A stretch of DNA of 64,000 nucleotides, from positions 1 through 64,000 of the IMG/VR virus record IMGVR_UViG_3300049856_000265, one strand, 5' to 3'. The DNA comes from a virus. The notes under the pieces are model-generated. The model worked only from the letters and a program-made list of their open reading frames with translations, was not told the origin of the DNA and did no database searches. Made by a program: the position numbers and the translations under genes. Positions 18,901-28,558 of the stretch are shown piece after piece; positions within the stretch are counted from its first letter, which is position 1, and each line of letters opens with the position of its first letter.

Positions 18901-19557
18901 AACGATCTTGTAGAAGGTGATTATATCACTATTAACGGTTCTGATTGTACTCCTAGTATTGATGGAACTTGGCCGGTAATGAATGTTACTGCAACTAGTT
19001 TTGAGATCGGGGCTACAATTACAGTAGCTGGAACTACGGGAACTTGGATTAGTGGTGTAATGTCAACCTACGATATTGAAGTCGAAGGTAAAGTTACAGA
19101 CATTGATTATACCAATAATATCTTAACAATTGATTCAGTATATCCATATGAATTAGCAGATGCTACCTTGTATAAGGCTTTTGAAACTAAGATCGTTTGG
19201 GCTCCTGAACATGCTGGCAATGTTGGCATGATTAAGCATTTTAGTGAAGCAACCCTTCGCTTTAGGCGTTCTAGAATCTCAACTCCTATTATTGGATTTA
19301 ATAGTGAACTCCAACGTGGAGTAGAAGAAATTGAACTTATCGGTCCTGGACTTGGTAATTGGGGCTACTTTCCTTGGGGTAGTGTGCCTTGGGGTGGTTC
19401 TAGCGAACAACGAGGCTTTAGGACTTATGTGCCGCGTGGTAAACAACGCTGTGCTATTTTGAATTGCCAATTTAGACATGTGATAGCTCGTGAAGACTGG
19501 CAACTTGAAGGCTTGACTTTAGTAGTTGAGCTTAGTTCGCAACGGATTAATCGATAA
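15955..19557 (+). CDS. Tail nozzle / tail tubular B-like protein with inserted beta modules
   Basis: 1200 aa; N-terminal GLFT…P.GAL..ANN…RRG, RVYYSK, C-terminal WG..PWG; AGGAG RBS with GTG start. Confidence 0.65.
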   Translation: MAVEVKLHLSGLFTNSNSLGSVPEGALVVANNIVIDKDDVVESRRGFKVYGDPASAPIAQLLNYKDIAIRQYSEYLDYDSTGSPGIFTKYQELVWKYSTSLVRTSAILATFTSIKPHGLVTGDTVLISGATQAAYNGYFVVNVSTPSIFTYALATDPIVNATGFPVIETRTAHVSPVDASNKVRGYEAVNSNFYFTSSKGIRRLSAVDGFISNAGAIKALDISLDLVPATTSPILPQNSQLGYRVLWGYKDVNGNFFYGSPSTRNTIGLSVSDLILPDFNTLLNKIDAAAAANGGATDPNHLSDVNYFSTLNIATTSSAAVLNSALKGLAAKLENDLNYTSGGTAGSLNPRYGRSPGVTGGSPAITANTAAAQTIVASLAHGLTNGSLITIEGSNSIPSIDGQYTIFGVTANTFTINVTVTTAGSTGTWTSGLAQNYPTPTTDVAQDYIDQQAFFDGIVDLLLLEPDPTKILTAAQTAGAFTNSTQGENVSITLSVPDDVTPSHFYQIYRTAASAGSDVDPGDTEGLVFEDNPTAAQIIAGTITVTDDTTDDFRGADLYTNPTQEGILQANEPPPWAKDITIYKNIMFFANTKTLQKKQVSLFGTAGLIGTTITINGVVFTFAASENTAMGDVLVDTSGTPAQNADTTARSLVKVVNRYPANTTVYAYYISGTNDVPGQILFEARNLDVPQFSIQESNASVGDTNFNPSIGTTAVTSDNETTKNRVYYSKQNQFEAVPLLNYFNVGSGDKDIIRVIPLRDSLFVLKSDGIYRISGDTTSSLNLTLFDSTTSIKGPETIAVGNNQINTFSDEGVVTISDTGINIISRPIENQILPITHFTNLNSTAFAVYYHTDRKYILFLPETETDTVATIAWVYNNITNAWVNWDMSKTCAINNTADDKLYFGAADINYIEQERKNYDRTDFADREYTLTINAYDSELNQVTVGSVLQVAIGDVLVQTQSHLNGNSGTITAISTGSVITSVNDLVEGDYITINGSDCTPSIDGTWPVMNVTATSFEIGATITVAGTTGTWISGVMSTYDIEVEGKVTDIDYTNNILTIDSVYPYELADATLYKAFETKIVWAPEHAGNVGMIKHFSEATLRFRRSRISTPIIGFNSELQRGVEEIELIGPGLGNWGYFPWGSVPWGGSSEQRGFRTYVPRGKQRCAILNCQFRHVIAREDWQLEGLTLVVELSSQRINR

Positions 19558-19955
19558 TGGCTAAGATTTCATTAACTAGAATTATAACGGAAGACTTTCC
19601 TCAAAAATACCAGGATCTCCTGGGCAAACTTCTTTATAAAATTAATCAAGCGTTTGAACAAACTTCACTTGCTTTGAATAATGGATTGACCTTTGCCGAT
19701 AACCTTTCGGCGCAAGAAACAGTTCTTAATGTAATAACCTTACCTACTGCGGCTAGTCCTATTTATATAAAGAGTACCTTAAAGGGAAATTGCCGAATGA
19801 TTCTGTGCGGAGCTGCTGAAACTGTTAGCGGAACTCCTCCTACTGGAACTCCTTTCTTTACGTTTGAAATGTCTGGAACTAATATAAAAGTTACTAATAT
19901 CACTAATTTAACTTCGGGTAGTCAGTATAATTTACGACTATATTGCTTAACATAA
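19557..19955 (+). CDS. Virion protein
   Basis: TAATG-coupled to the nozzle gene. Confidence 0.55.
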   Translation: MAKISLTRIITEDFPQKYQDLLGKLLYKINQAFEQTSLALNNGLTFADNLSAQETVLNVITLPTAASPIYIKSTLKGNCRMILCGAAETVSGTPPTGTPFFTFEMSGTNIKVTNITNLTSGSQYNLRLYCLT

Positions 19956-19961
19956 TTAGCG

Positions 19962-19971
19962 AACAAATATA
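19962..19971 (+). promoter_or_regulatory. Putative late promoter motif AACAAATATA
   Basis: Intergenic, before the ejection-protein block. Confidence 0.65.
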
Positions 19972-19983
19972 GGTAGATAAACT

Positions 19984-21558
19984 ATGGCAACTGTATTAAC
20001 TGACGAAGATCTTAAAAAACCTCAAGCTCCTGGCCAAAATCTGTCCACTGGGGCTGGAACGGGTGCTGCCATTGCTCCTCAAGGCCAAGCACCAGGTCCT
20101 AAACCTGCTCCAGCGGCTCCTGGTCAACAACAAGCGGGTAGTTCTGGTCAATTCCAGAACCTACATAAGTTTATCCAAGCTAATAATCCTGGCCAATTTG
20201 GACAACAGTTCCAAAATAAAGTCGGTCAAGTTGCTCAACAAGGCCAACAAGCTATTGGCCAAGCCGCTACTCAATTTAAAACTCAAGCAGGACAAGCTGG
20301 ACAACAGCTTAATCAAGTAGGCCAAGGCGTTCAACAAGCGGGAACAGGCCTTAATTCTAATGACGATACCGCTTTTAATACTGCAACCGGCCAACTAGGT
20401 GCAGGTCTTAACGCCAAGTATGAAGGTCCTCAAAATCTTGCTAATCAAGATCAACTAGCTCTACAAGCTCAACAAGCTGGAGCTATTGGCAATGCTGCTG
20501 GAACTGACAGCGGTCGTTTTGCCCTTTTACAGAAGTTTTTTAATAAGCCAACTTATAATGCGGGACAAGGTCGTTTAGATAATCTTTTGCTCAGCGGGCA
20601 AACGGGGGCACTAAATCAAGTGCGTCAACAAGGTCGCCAAGTGGGAAGTCAATTAAGCCAAGCTCAACAAGAAGCAGCAGCGCAGGCCGGATCTTTAGGT
20701 CAACAAGCTACTGATATCCAAAATCAAGCACAAGGTCTTGGGAGCAATGTTGCTACTGGACTAGAAGGTGGCTTAAAAGCCGATGCTTCTAAATGGCTTG
20801 ATGAGGCTGGGGCTTTTAATGATCCCAATAGTGTTAAACGAGCTTTCATAGATCAAAATCAAAAATATGGTCCTGGAGGCTGGGCACATGGTACTTTGAA
20901 TATTGGTGGCACTGCTCTAAATACCGATCAACTAGCTAAACTAGTAGATAGTGGAATGGCTGGAGTTCAAGGTGGGTCTTTAGATTCTGCGGCTCTAGCT
21001 AAACTTAAAGCTAGTGGAGATCTTAGTTCACTTTACGGTAATACTTCAGCAGAGGCCCAAGGCCAAGCTGGACGTTTTAATAAACTAGCTGGATTGCTTA
21101 AAACTGGTAAGTCCTACGGTGGTGGTAGTCTTTTGAATAAGGGTACTATTGGATTGAGTGATCAAGCTCGCGGAGATTTAGAAAGCCGAGTAGGCTCTGA
21201 AGGCCAAGCGATTGCTGATCAAGGTATGGCTGCTGCCGTTGACAAAGCAAATAATGCTAAAACTGATGAACTATTCCGAACTAAATATGCAGGTCAACAA
21301 GCTGAAAATGATGCCAGAGCACAATCTGGATATAAAGGTGAGATGACTCCTGAACTACAAGCCCAAATTGCTGAAAGAACGCAAGCGATTCTTGCAGCTG
21401 GTGGTAAGTCTAATTGGGCTGGAGATCAAGCTCGGGCCGAAGGCAATGCCTATGCTAAGTCTTTAAATGATCAAACCAGCCAAGCTGGACAAGATTTTAG
21501 AAAACAACAAGTAGCTAAAGCTAATGCTGAAGCGCTAAAACGAGTATTAGGAGTTTAA
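19984..21558 (+). CDS. Probable internal virion/ejection protein
   Basis: Gln/Ala/Gly-rich helical protein lacking Cys, downstream of the nozzle gene. Confidence 0.55.
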   Translation: MATVLTDEDLKKPQAPGQNLSTGAGTGAAIAPQGQAPGPKPAPAAPGQQQAGSSGQFQNLHKFIQANNPGQFGQQFQNKVGQVAQQGQQAIGQAATQFKTQAGQAGQQLNQVGQGVQQAGTGLNSNDDTAFNTATGQLGAGLNAKYEGPQNLANQDQLALQAQQAGAIGNAAGTDSGRFALLQKFFNKPTYNAGQGRLDNLLLSGQTGALNQVRQQGRQVGSQLSQAQQEAAAQAGSLGQQATDIQNQAQGLGSNVATGLEGGLKADASKWLDEAGAFNDPNSVKRAFIDQNQKYGPGGWAHGTLNIGGTALNTDQLAKLVDSGMAGVQGGSLDSAALAKLKASGDLSSLYGNTSAEAQGQAGRFNKLAGLLKTGKSYGGGSLLNKGTIGLSDQARGDLESRVGSEGQAIADQGMAAAVDKANNAKTDELFRTKYAGQQAENDARAQSGYKGEMTPELQAQIAERTQAILAAGGKSNWAGDQARAEGNAYAKSLNDQTSQAGQDFRKQQVAKANAEALKRVLGV

Positions 21559-22695
21559 ATGGGCAAAGGTACACGAGCAATAGGTGGGGCTGCTCAAGGA
21601 GCTGCGGCGGGAGCTGCTCTTGGTCCATGGGGTGCAGTTGCTGGTGGTGCTTTAGGTGCTTTGGGCGGTCTTTTTGGAGGCGGCGAATCTGAAGAAGAAA
21701 AAGCAGCAAAAGCCATACAACAAGCGTATGGCGACCAGACAATCCTAACGCCCGAGCAACGTCGAGTTCAGTTAGAATATCTTAAAAGTGTGGGTCAACT
21801 TACTCCAGAAATGGAACAAGCCATTGCCCAACAAGATACCCAACTTAAAAGTATCAATGTAGATCCTCGTTTTAAGAGCGCCCAGATGGCTGCCCTTAAT
21901 CGATTGAACCAACAAGGCCACGAAGGTCTTACCCTTGAAGATCGTTCAGCCTTGGCCGATGTACAGCGTCAAAATGCCCAAGCTCAACGTGGTCAACAAG
22001 AAGCTATTCTTCAAAATGCTCAAGCTCGTGGAATGGGCGGAGCCGGTGCTGAACTGGCTGCGCGTCTGTCTTCTGCACAATCTGGAGCAGACCAAGCAGG
22101 TAGCCAAGGCCTTAAAGTAGCGGCACAAGCTCAACAAAATGCCTTGCAAGCTATGCTTGCAGGTGGTAATCTGGCAGGACAGATGGGTCAACAAGAGTTT
22201 TCAAATCAAGCTCAAGTCGGATCAGCTCAAGATCTTATTAATAGGTTTAATACTGGAAATCAACAAAATGTCCAACATAGCAATGTTGGAGCCCGTAATG
22301 CAGCTCAAGAATCTAATCTTAGGGATGCTCAAAATCGAGAAGCTAATCGAGTTGATACTATGAATAGACAGCGCCAAGGCGATGCTAATAACCTTATAGA
22401 CTACACAAATTCGCACAATAATCAATTAATTGGCAAAGCTGGAGCTGGAATGGGTGTTGCCCAAGCTCATACGGCTGCTGAACAGCGTGCCGATTCTGGA
22501 TATGCTAGTCTTCTTGGTGGCGTTGGTGGAGCCGTTAGCGCTGCTAAATCCATGATTCCTAGTAGCTTGACCAGTGGTACAGCTCCTAGTGCCTATGCAA
22601 AACAAGCAAATGCCGGAACTAGTCCTTTGGCAAAAGCCCCAAACCTGATACCTGAAGAAGACGATCTTCTTGGAACGAATAAGTGGTTTAAATAA
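21559..22695 (+). CDS. Probable DNA pilot/ejection protein
   Basis: N-terminal glycine zipper GAAAGAALGPWGAVAGGALG, then a Gln-rich coil. Confidence 0.65.
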   Translation: MGKGTRAIGGAAQGAAAGAALGPWGAVAGGALGALGGLFGGGESEEEKAAKAIQQAYGDQTILTPEQRRVQLEYLKSVGQLTPEMEQAIAQQDTQLKSINVDPRFKSAQMAALNRLNQQGHEGLTLEDRSALADVQRQNAQAQRGQQEAILQNAQARGMGGAGAELAARLSSAQSGADQAGSQGLKVAAQAQQNALQAMLAGGNLAGQMGQQEFSNQAQVGSAQDLINRFNTGNQQNVQHSNVGARNAAQESNLRDAQNREANRVDTMNRQRQGDANNLIDYTNSHNNQLIGKAGAGMGVAQAHTAAEQRADSGYASLLGGVGGAVSAAKSMIPSSLTSGTAPSAYAKQANAGTSPLAKAPNLIPEEDDLLGTNKWFK

Positions 22696-22697
22696 CT

Positions 22698-23930
22698 ATG
22701 GCATTACCTTTAGATCCTAGTTTATTCATGAATGCTGGAATTGGTAAGACTCGTAATCTTACTGAAGATGATCTTCATCTTGAAGATTCCTTACAAGATC
22801 CTACTCAAGTAGCTATGCCCGAAACAGCACCTCAAGCTGCCCCAATGCCTGCAGCTATCCCTAAATCGCAGTTTCCTACATTGGCTGGAGTTGAATATAA
22901 TCCTTCTGATGATTATTCTAAAGCTCTAGAAGATGCTCGAAAAACTGAGCAAATGAATAACTTGCTAAAAGCTGGTAATCAAATTGCAGTTGGAGCAGCT
23001 GGTTATAGCGGTGCTAAACCTGATATGACTGGAACTAATGAAGTTCTGGATGCCGTTACTAATAATGCTAAAGGTAAAGCCGCTGACTTTGTATCTAAAC
23101 AGAAGTTTGGACAAGAACAGACACAAGGTGCTCAATTAAAAAGCAAACTTAAAAAGGACTCAGATGATTTAGATCCTAATTCTGAAGCTTCTATGAGTAT
23201 GCGTAAGATGTATGAAACGCAATTTCCTAATATAGCTAAAGCTTATGGACCTTTGTGGGAACGTGTGGCTGCAGGTGATGCTGATAAGATACTGAAACCT
23301 ATGGAACTTGGAGAACAAATAGCTGCCCGTAGGCAGAATTTGCAACTAAGTTTGGATAATAAACGTGATATTGCTCGTGAGAAAGCTGAAGCAGCTAACT
23401 CTATGAGTGCTGGTGTTAAAAAGTTAGATCAAGAGTTTGCTAAAGACTATAATGACTGGACTAGTGGAGGTCGCGCAGCTTTAGATAAAAACATTGAAAG
23501 ACTACAAAGCTCCAAAAAAGCATTAGAGTCGGGTGCAGTCAGTTCTGGTAGGTTTATTGGCCGATTACCTGATATTCTTAAACCAGAAGATCGTATTAGA
23601 GTTCGGGATGATGTACATGCTGCTGCAGTGGCCGGAATGCGGGCAGCTCTTGGTGCGCAATTTACTGAAAAAGAAGGCGAACGTATTCAAGGGTATGCCT
23701 TTAATGAAAAGCTTTCTCCTGAAGAGAACATTAAAAAGATTGATGCAGCTATTAAGGAACTTACTGAAGCCAAAGCTAATAAAGACGCCAAAGCTCTTCA
23801 ATTTCAACAAAAAGGTACGTTAGCAGGATATACTCCTAAGATCTCCGTAGATAGTGCACAAGATGCTACTAAAATAGTAAACGGTGTTACTTATAAAAAA
23901 GTCCAAGGCGGCTGGCAAAAGGTTAAGTAA
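22698..23930 (+). CDS. Probable ejection protein
   Basis: Helical; C-terminal KIVNGVTYKKVQGGW motif. Confidence 0.55.
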   Translation: MALPLDPSLFMNAGIGKTRNLTEDDLHLEDSLQDPTQVAMPETAPQAAPMPAAIPKSQFPTLAGVEYNPSDDYSKALEDARKTEQMNNLLKAGNQIAVGAAGYSGAKPDMTGTNEVLDAVTNNAKGKAADFVSKQKFGQEQTQGAQLKSKLKKDSDDLDPNSEASMSMRKMYETQFPNIAKAYGPLWERVAAGDADKILKPMELGEQIAARRQNLQLSLDNKRDIAREKAEAANSMSAGVKKLDQEFAKDYNDWTSGGRAALDKNIERLQSSKKALESGAVSSGRFIGRLPDILKPEDRIRVRDDVHAAAVAGMRAALGAQFTEKEGERIQGYAFNEKLSPEENIKKIDAAIKELTEAKANKDAKALQFQQKGTLAGYTPKISVDSAQDATKIVNGVTYKKVQGGWQKVK

Positions 23931-26743
23931 TGGCTGACAATAAAGACTTTCTTACTGATGAAGAAATGGCTCAGCATGAGTCTTCGTCATCACCTGACTT
24001 TTTGTCAGACGATGACATGCAAAAACATGAAGCCACATCTGAACAAGAAGCGACGGCAGAAACTCCAGATTTCTTTAGCATGCCTACTTTAAACGATCCT
24101 AGAGAAGCCGGTTTACGAGCTTTTGCTAAAAACGCAACTCTTGGATTTGCTCCTAAAATTGGAGCAGCTGCTGGAGCTTTAGGCACATTGTCAGAAGCTG
24201 GAGTAGATCCTAAACTGGGTCTTTTTGGATCTCTTAAGAAGAATTATGAAGAGGCTTTACCAGAAGTGCGTAGCCAAACTGCAGCTCAAGACGTTGTAGA
24301 TGAACGTAATAGTCCTTGGTTAAAGGCTATGGGCGGTTTAGCTGGAACTGGAGCAGCTTTAGCTGCCGCTACCAGCGCCATGCCTCTTCTTGGCGGTGGA
24401 GCAGCCAGTGGAACTGCTGCTTTAGTTCCTGAAATAGGCGCTGGATTAGGTCAAAGATTAGCATTAAGTACTCTTAAACACGGTCTTATAGGTGCAGAAC
24501 AGATTCCTGCAATGGCTGCTTATGGGGCGGTTCACGGTGCCGGTAGAACTGAAGATCTTACTAATATACCTGATTTGGCCAAAAATGTAGCTACAGATGC
24601 CGCAGAGAATGCAGCTATGTCTCCTGTAGGCGGCGCAACTATTGGAGCCCTTGGAGAATTAGCTCCAGCGGCATATGGCGCAGTTAAACCTTTACTTAAT
24701 CCATTAGTCAATGCTGGCAAAGGTGTACTAGAACTACCTGGACGTATTCCTTTTGTAAAAGGACTTGGTAAACGTTTTGCCCTTAATTTGCCAGAAGGTG
24801 CTACAACTAGTGGATCTGATGCTAATAAACTTGCAACTTCAGAAGCCTTAATAACTGCTGGCAAAGAGGCAACAGTTCCTTTAGAAAAATATCATACTAA
24901 ACTTATTGAAGAATCAGCTGCTAAAATTACGGATATTGCTAATAGAATATCTAGTATTACAGCTGAAGGTGCTTCTAATGAAAATCAAAACATCATTAAA
25001 CAGCAATTAGCACAAGCTAAAGCCATGTTTGCTGATTTAGTCAATGCGGGCGAAGAGGCTGGTAAAGGCATTGGCGAAATGATGAAGGGTGCTAAGGGCT
25101 CTACAAAGGCACTTAAGGATAGCTTTACGGCTCTTGAGACTTCTGTAAAAGAAAATCCTTGGCTATCTCAAGACGAAGAAGCTAAAGCTTTTATTAGTCA
25201 ATATAAACAAGCTATTTCAGAAGCTGGCAAAGAAGTGACATTACCCTCTTCTATTATAAGTAAATTTGGAGAAGAGGAAAAAACGGTACTTAAAGACGCT
25301 TTTAAGGACGCTAAAAACCTTTCTCCAGAAGATGTAGACTATCTAAAAGAAGTCATTAAATTGCCTCAAGATCAACGAATGGAAGCGCTTAGTAAGCGTT
25401 TTTCTCAAGTTGAAAATAAAGTTGTTAGTGGAAAAGCTACTAAACTTGCACGGCCCATTGAAGATACTACGGATGAGCGCGAGTTCTTAGAAGGCTCTTT
25501 AAAGCATGCTGAAGAAAACACCCCAGAGCTAGTACCTAGTTTACAAAAAGACCTAAACAATTTTAGACCTGATGAAGTTACGCAAACTCAAGTTAATTCT
25601 GAAATAAAAGCATCTAATCCTTCTGTCTTAAAAGAATCAGCATCTGCACCCGAGTACCTTAATGCGTTAAAGGCCATTGATGATAAGATTCAAAAAGTAG
25701 GATCCGATAGTCAACTTGGCAGAACCTTATCTGAAAATAGAAAAAAGCTAGTATCTCAAGCTCGTACTGAACTATTAGGCGAAGCTAAGGGAACGGCAGA
25801 AGAGCTAGCCACTAAGTACGGAGCTTTTAAAGACATAATTAATAATTCTAATTTAGGTAATAAAAAAGAACTGGCCAATAGCCTTCTTAAAGAAATGTCT
25901 AGTATTGTAGAGCAGCCCGACACAGCAGTTCAATTAAATAAATTTAATACGCTTATAGGCACTGTTGAAAAATTAGATCCATCTTTAGCTAGAAAGCTAA
26001 CAGAAGAGTTTACAGTTTTAAATCAAGCTAAATCTAATATTCCTAAAGTAACTAATCCAGAGCAGGTTGCTAGTTTTCTTCAAAATGAGTTACCCGTAGT
26101 TGCTGAAAATGCACCAGGAGATATTGCTAAGAAGAAGATATTTAATCCTTTAGAACGTTATGCTGGAAAAGAACAAGCAAGTCAATTAGAACAAGAAGCC
26201 ACTACGGCTGCTAAAGCAAGACTAGAATCTATTGAAAAACGTAAGTTATCTGATATTACCACTGTTTTACAAAACTTAGGTAATATGAAAAATATGGATC
26301 CTAAAACGTTTTCTTATTTTCAAGATCTAGAAAAAGCTTTAAAAGAAATGGATAAAGCACAAGGCACGGAAGTTGCGCATAAGTTCTTCACAGAGAATGC
26401 GCCTTTAATCGAACGATTTAAAGTTATGGCAGAAGACGCCAACCGAACTGGTTTTAATAAAATACTACAAGGCGGTAATGCATTAGCTGCGCTTGCTGGC
26501 AAAATAACAGGAAATGTAAGTCGGGCTTTAGCTAAACCCATTACTCAAGCAAGTAGTGCTGTATCTTCTAAGTTTCCAAAACTAGTCCAAGCTCAAGATG
26601 AGTATATACGTAAAGGCTTGAAATCTGTTCCTAAAGTTATTAATGAACTGCAATCTAGTGATCCTATAGTTAGGGCTTCTTCCGCATTTACAGCTTCACA
26701 AATCCCATCACTTCGTAAACTCACTAAAGAAGACGAGAAATAA
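23930..26743 (+). CDS. Large probable ejection protein
   Basis: 937 aa; ATLGFAPKI and Gly/Ala hydrophobic segments, then a long helical region. Confidence 0.55.
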   Translation: MADNKDFLTDEEMAQHESSSSPDFLSDDDMQKHEATSEQEATAETPDFFSMPTLNDPREAGLRAFAKNATLGFAPKIGAAAGALGTLSEAGVDPKLGLFGSLKKNYEEALPEVRSQTAAQDVVDERNSPWLKAMGGLAGTGAALAAATSAMPLLGGGAASGTAALVPEIGAGLGQRLALSTLKHGLIGAEQIPAMAAYGAVHGAGRTEDLTNIPDLAKNVATDAAENAAMSPVGGATIGALGELAPAAYGAVKPLLNPLVNAGKGVLELPGRIPFVKGLGKRFALNLPEGATTSGSDANKLATSEALITAGKEATVPLEKYHTKLIEESAAKITDIANRISSITAEGASNENQNIIKQQLAQAKAMFADLVNAGEEAGKGIGEMMKGAKGSTKALKDSFTALETSVKENPWLSQDEEAKAFISQYKQAISEAGKEVTLPSSIISKFGEEEKTVLKDAFKDAKNLSPEDVDYLKEVIKLPQDQRMEALSKRFSQVENKVVSGKATKLARPIEDTTDEREFLEGSLKHAEENTPELVPSLQKDLNNFRPDEVTQTQVNSEIKASNPSVLKESASAPEYLNALKAIDDKIQKVGSDSQLGRTLSENRKKLVSQARTELLGEAKGTAEELATKYGAFKDIINNSNLGNKKELANSLLKEMSSIVEQPDTAVQLNKFNTLIGTVEKLDPSLARKLTEEFTVLNQAKSNIPKVTNPEQVASFLQNELPVVAENAPGDIAKKKIFNPLERYAGKEQASQLEQEATTAAKARLESIEKRKLSDITTVLQNLGNMKNMDPKTFSYFQDLEKALKEMDKAQGTEVAHKFFTENAPLIERFKVMAEDANRTGFNKILQGGNALAALAGKITGNVSRALAKPITQASSAVSSKFPKLVQAQDEYIRKGLKSVPKVINELQSSDPIVRASSAFTASQIPSLRKLTKEDEK

Positions 26744-26744
26744 C

Positions 26745-27026
26745 ATGTCTAATGATAGATTTGATAAGCTAGAGTCTAAAGTTGATCGTCTTGATGAGCG
26801 TTTGGATACTATTACGGTAGTTTTGGATAGAAATACGAATTCTTTGCAAGAACATATGCGTAGATCTGATGCCAATGAAGCAGCTATTGAAGAAGTCAAA
26901 AAGGCAATGTCGCCGGTCGTAAGCCATGTTCAACGTATTACTTGGGCAGTTCGGGGCATCTTCTGGTTCGTTTCAATCTTGGCTGCAGCGGCGCTACTAG
27001 CCCACCAATTAGGTATTCTTAAGTAG
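26745..27026 (+). CDS. Coiled-coil membrane protein (holin/XhlA-like candidate)
   Basis: N-terminal coiled coil plus C-terminal TM helix; last gene of the late block. Confidence 0.5.
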   Translation: MSNDRFDKLESKVDRLDERLDTITVVLDRNTNSLQEHMRRSDANEAAIEEVKKAMSPVVSHVQRITWAVRGIFWFVSILAAAALLAHQLGILK

Positions 27027-27027
27027 T

Positions 27028-27516
27028 CTAATCTTCGGACTCTTCCCAGTTACCACTACGTTTTAAAGCAATTGCCAAAATCATGGCATCTTCTTCGTCA
27101 TCTTTTACACTTTTCTTAACGGTATTATCAATAGCGTTATTTAAAGCTTCTATAGTATTAGTATTAGCAATCTTACCCATAGCTAGTGCTTTCGTATACA
27201 TGCACCTGTTCCTAGCATTGTTTGCGTCGTAGAACGGCTTGCGATCCTTGTAAATAAGCTTGCCTTTGTGATCAAAATTAGTAATAACAGTCTCTTCCAA
27301 AAAGGCATTTAAAAAGGCTTTCTCTTTATCGTTTAGTTTATCCACGTAATCGCAGTCAAGTTGTTCAAGGCGAGTTTTAACCTGGCGCTTAAAGTTCAAA
27401 GCAGGATACTTTTCCTTATTACGAGGAGTCTTTTGCTTATCGACTGCAAGCTTGGACTTATTACGGATATTATTCTTGTTCTTTTGTTTCTTTTTTGTTT
27501 TTGGCATCCTTGCCAT
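27028..27516 (-). CDS. Basic hypothetical protein
   Basis: Start set to MARMPK (27516); Lys-rich N-terminus. Confidence 0.6.
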   Translation of the reverse strand: MARMPKTKKKQKNKNNIRNKSKLAVDKQKTPRNKEKYPALNFKRQVKTRLEQLDCDYVDKLNDKEKAFLNAFLEETVITNFDHKGKLIYKDRKPFYDANNARNRCMYTKALAMGKIANTNTIEALNNAIDNTVKKSVKDDEEDAMILAIALKRSGNWEESED

Positions 27517-27871
27517 ATTTTCTCGATTTTCCTGTTGTTCCTGGATAAAAACGTTTATCCGTAAAAATGCTATAACTTTCGGGTAATCCAAAAGAAATAG
27601 GATCTAGTCTATAATAAAGACCCCTAGCTGTGCGATAAGGGGTAAAGTGTTCACTAAGAATTCGTTTAAAGACAAGTTTGCCCACATGAGTCTTTGGACA
27701 TTTCTTTTTAAAGAATTCAAATATCATAGTAAAGGCTATTGGATTATCTGCAGCTTTAATGCCATACATTTGAATAAAGGACTTGACTTCACGCTTACGA
27801 CCATTGAGTTCAGGCTCTTCCTCAGCTCCAAAAAGAGCAGCTTGGATAAGAGTTTCAATCTCATCTGACAT
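27470..27871 (-). CDS. Hypothetical protein (possible winged-helix)
   Basis: Operon ORF; IFEFFKK…GKLVFKRIL…RTARGLYY. Confidence 0.55.
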   Translation of the reverse strand: MSDEIETLIQAALFGAEEEPELNGRKREVKSFIQMYGIKAADNPIAFTMIFEFFKKKCPKTHVGKLVFKRILSEHFTPYRTARGLYYRLDPISFGLPESYSIFTDKRFYPGTTGKSRKYGKDAKNKKETKEQE

Positions 27872-27873
27872 AG

Positions 27874-28266
27874 TTACTTATTGATCGCCTTATTGACTCC
27901 GAAGGCCAACGCTGTTGTAAGGGCCGCACCGAGGGCAAAGTACAAAGTATTGTGCCAAAATGAACTATTCTCCCGATCAACTAGCTGTTTTGAAAGAGCT
28001 TCTGATTGAGTTCTCCAAAGCACTACTTGGCTATCTAGTAAGGAGTTCTGTTGGTCTTTAAGCCCAATAAGCTTAGTAGAATTATCCAAGATCATCTTAG
28101 TAGTCTTGAGTTCTTCTTTATCTCGTCGTACTTGGAGTTCTTGATCAGTTGAGAAAACATAACCATCGCAGTTTGAAGGATCACCACGTTTAATGAATTG
28201 GACAGGATTGCAAGCTAGTGCCGATTGAGCAAAAAGGAGCGAACCGATAATCAAGTACTTATGCAT
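27874..28266 (-). CDS. Exported protein with C-terminal membrane anchor
   Basis: Start MHKYLIIGSLLFAQSALA (signal peptide); C-terminal hydrophobic helix. Confidence 0.6.
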   Translation of the reverse strand: MHKYLIIGSLLFAQSALACNPVQFIKRGDPSNCDGYVFSTDQELQVRRDKEELKTTKMILDNSTKLIGLKDQQNSLLDSQVVLWRTQSEALSKQLVDRENSSFWHNTLYFALGAALTTALAFGVNKAINK

Positions 28267-28267
28267 A

Positions 28268-28558
28268 TTATTTCTTCTTTGCCCAGTAGGCTTCGATTTC
28301 GGCTGGCGTTTTGTTGGCTTGTTCTTTCTGATCTGCCACCAGGCGCTCCTGGAGCCTTGCAGTTGAGTCTTTGACTTCTTGTTGAGCTTGGGCATTAGCC
28401 TCAACCTTAGCGCCTATAACGGCATCCTGGAGGCGGCCATCATTAAGCTTGGCATCTGCTTTCAAATCACGCTGAAAGTAGTTACGGAGCATTAAAAGGC
28501 CTATAATAGCGCCCAGAACTCCTACGATCCATTGCCACATTGATTTAAGCTTTTCCAT
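28268..28558 (-). CDS. N-terminally anchored coiled-coil membrane protein (i-spanin-like)
   Basis: TM helix followed by a coiled coil. Confidence 0.5.
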   Translation of the reverse strand: MEKLKSMWQWIVGVLGAIIGLLMLRNYFQRDLKADAKLNDGRLQDAVIGAKVEANAQAQQEVKDSTARLQERLVADQKEQANKTPAEIEAYWAKKK

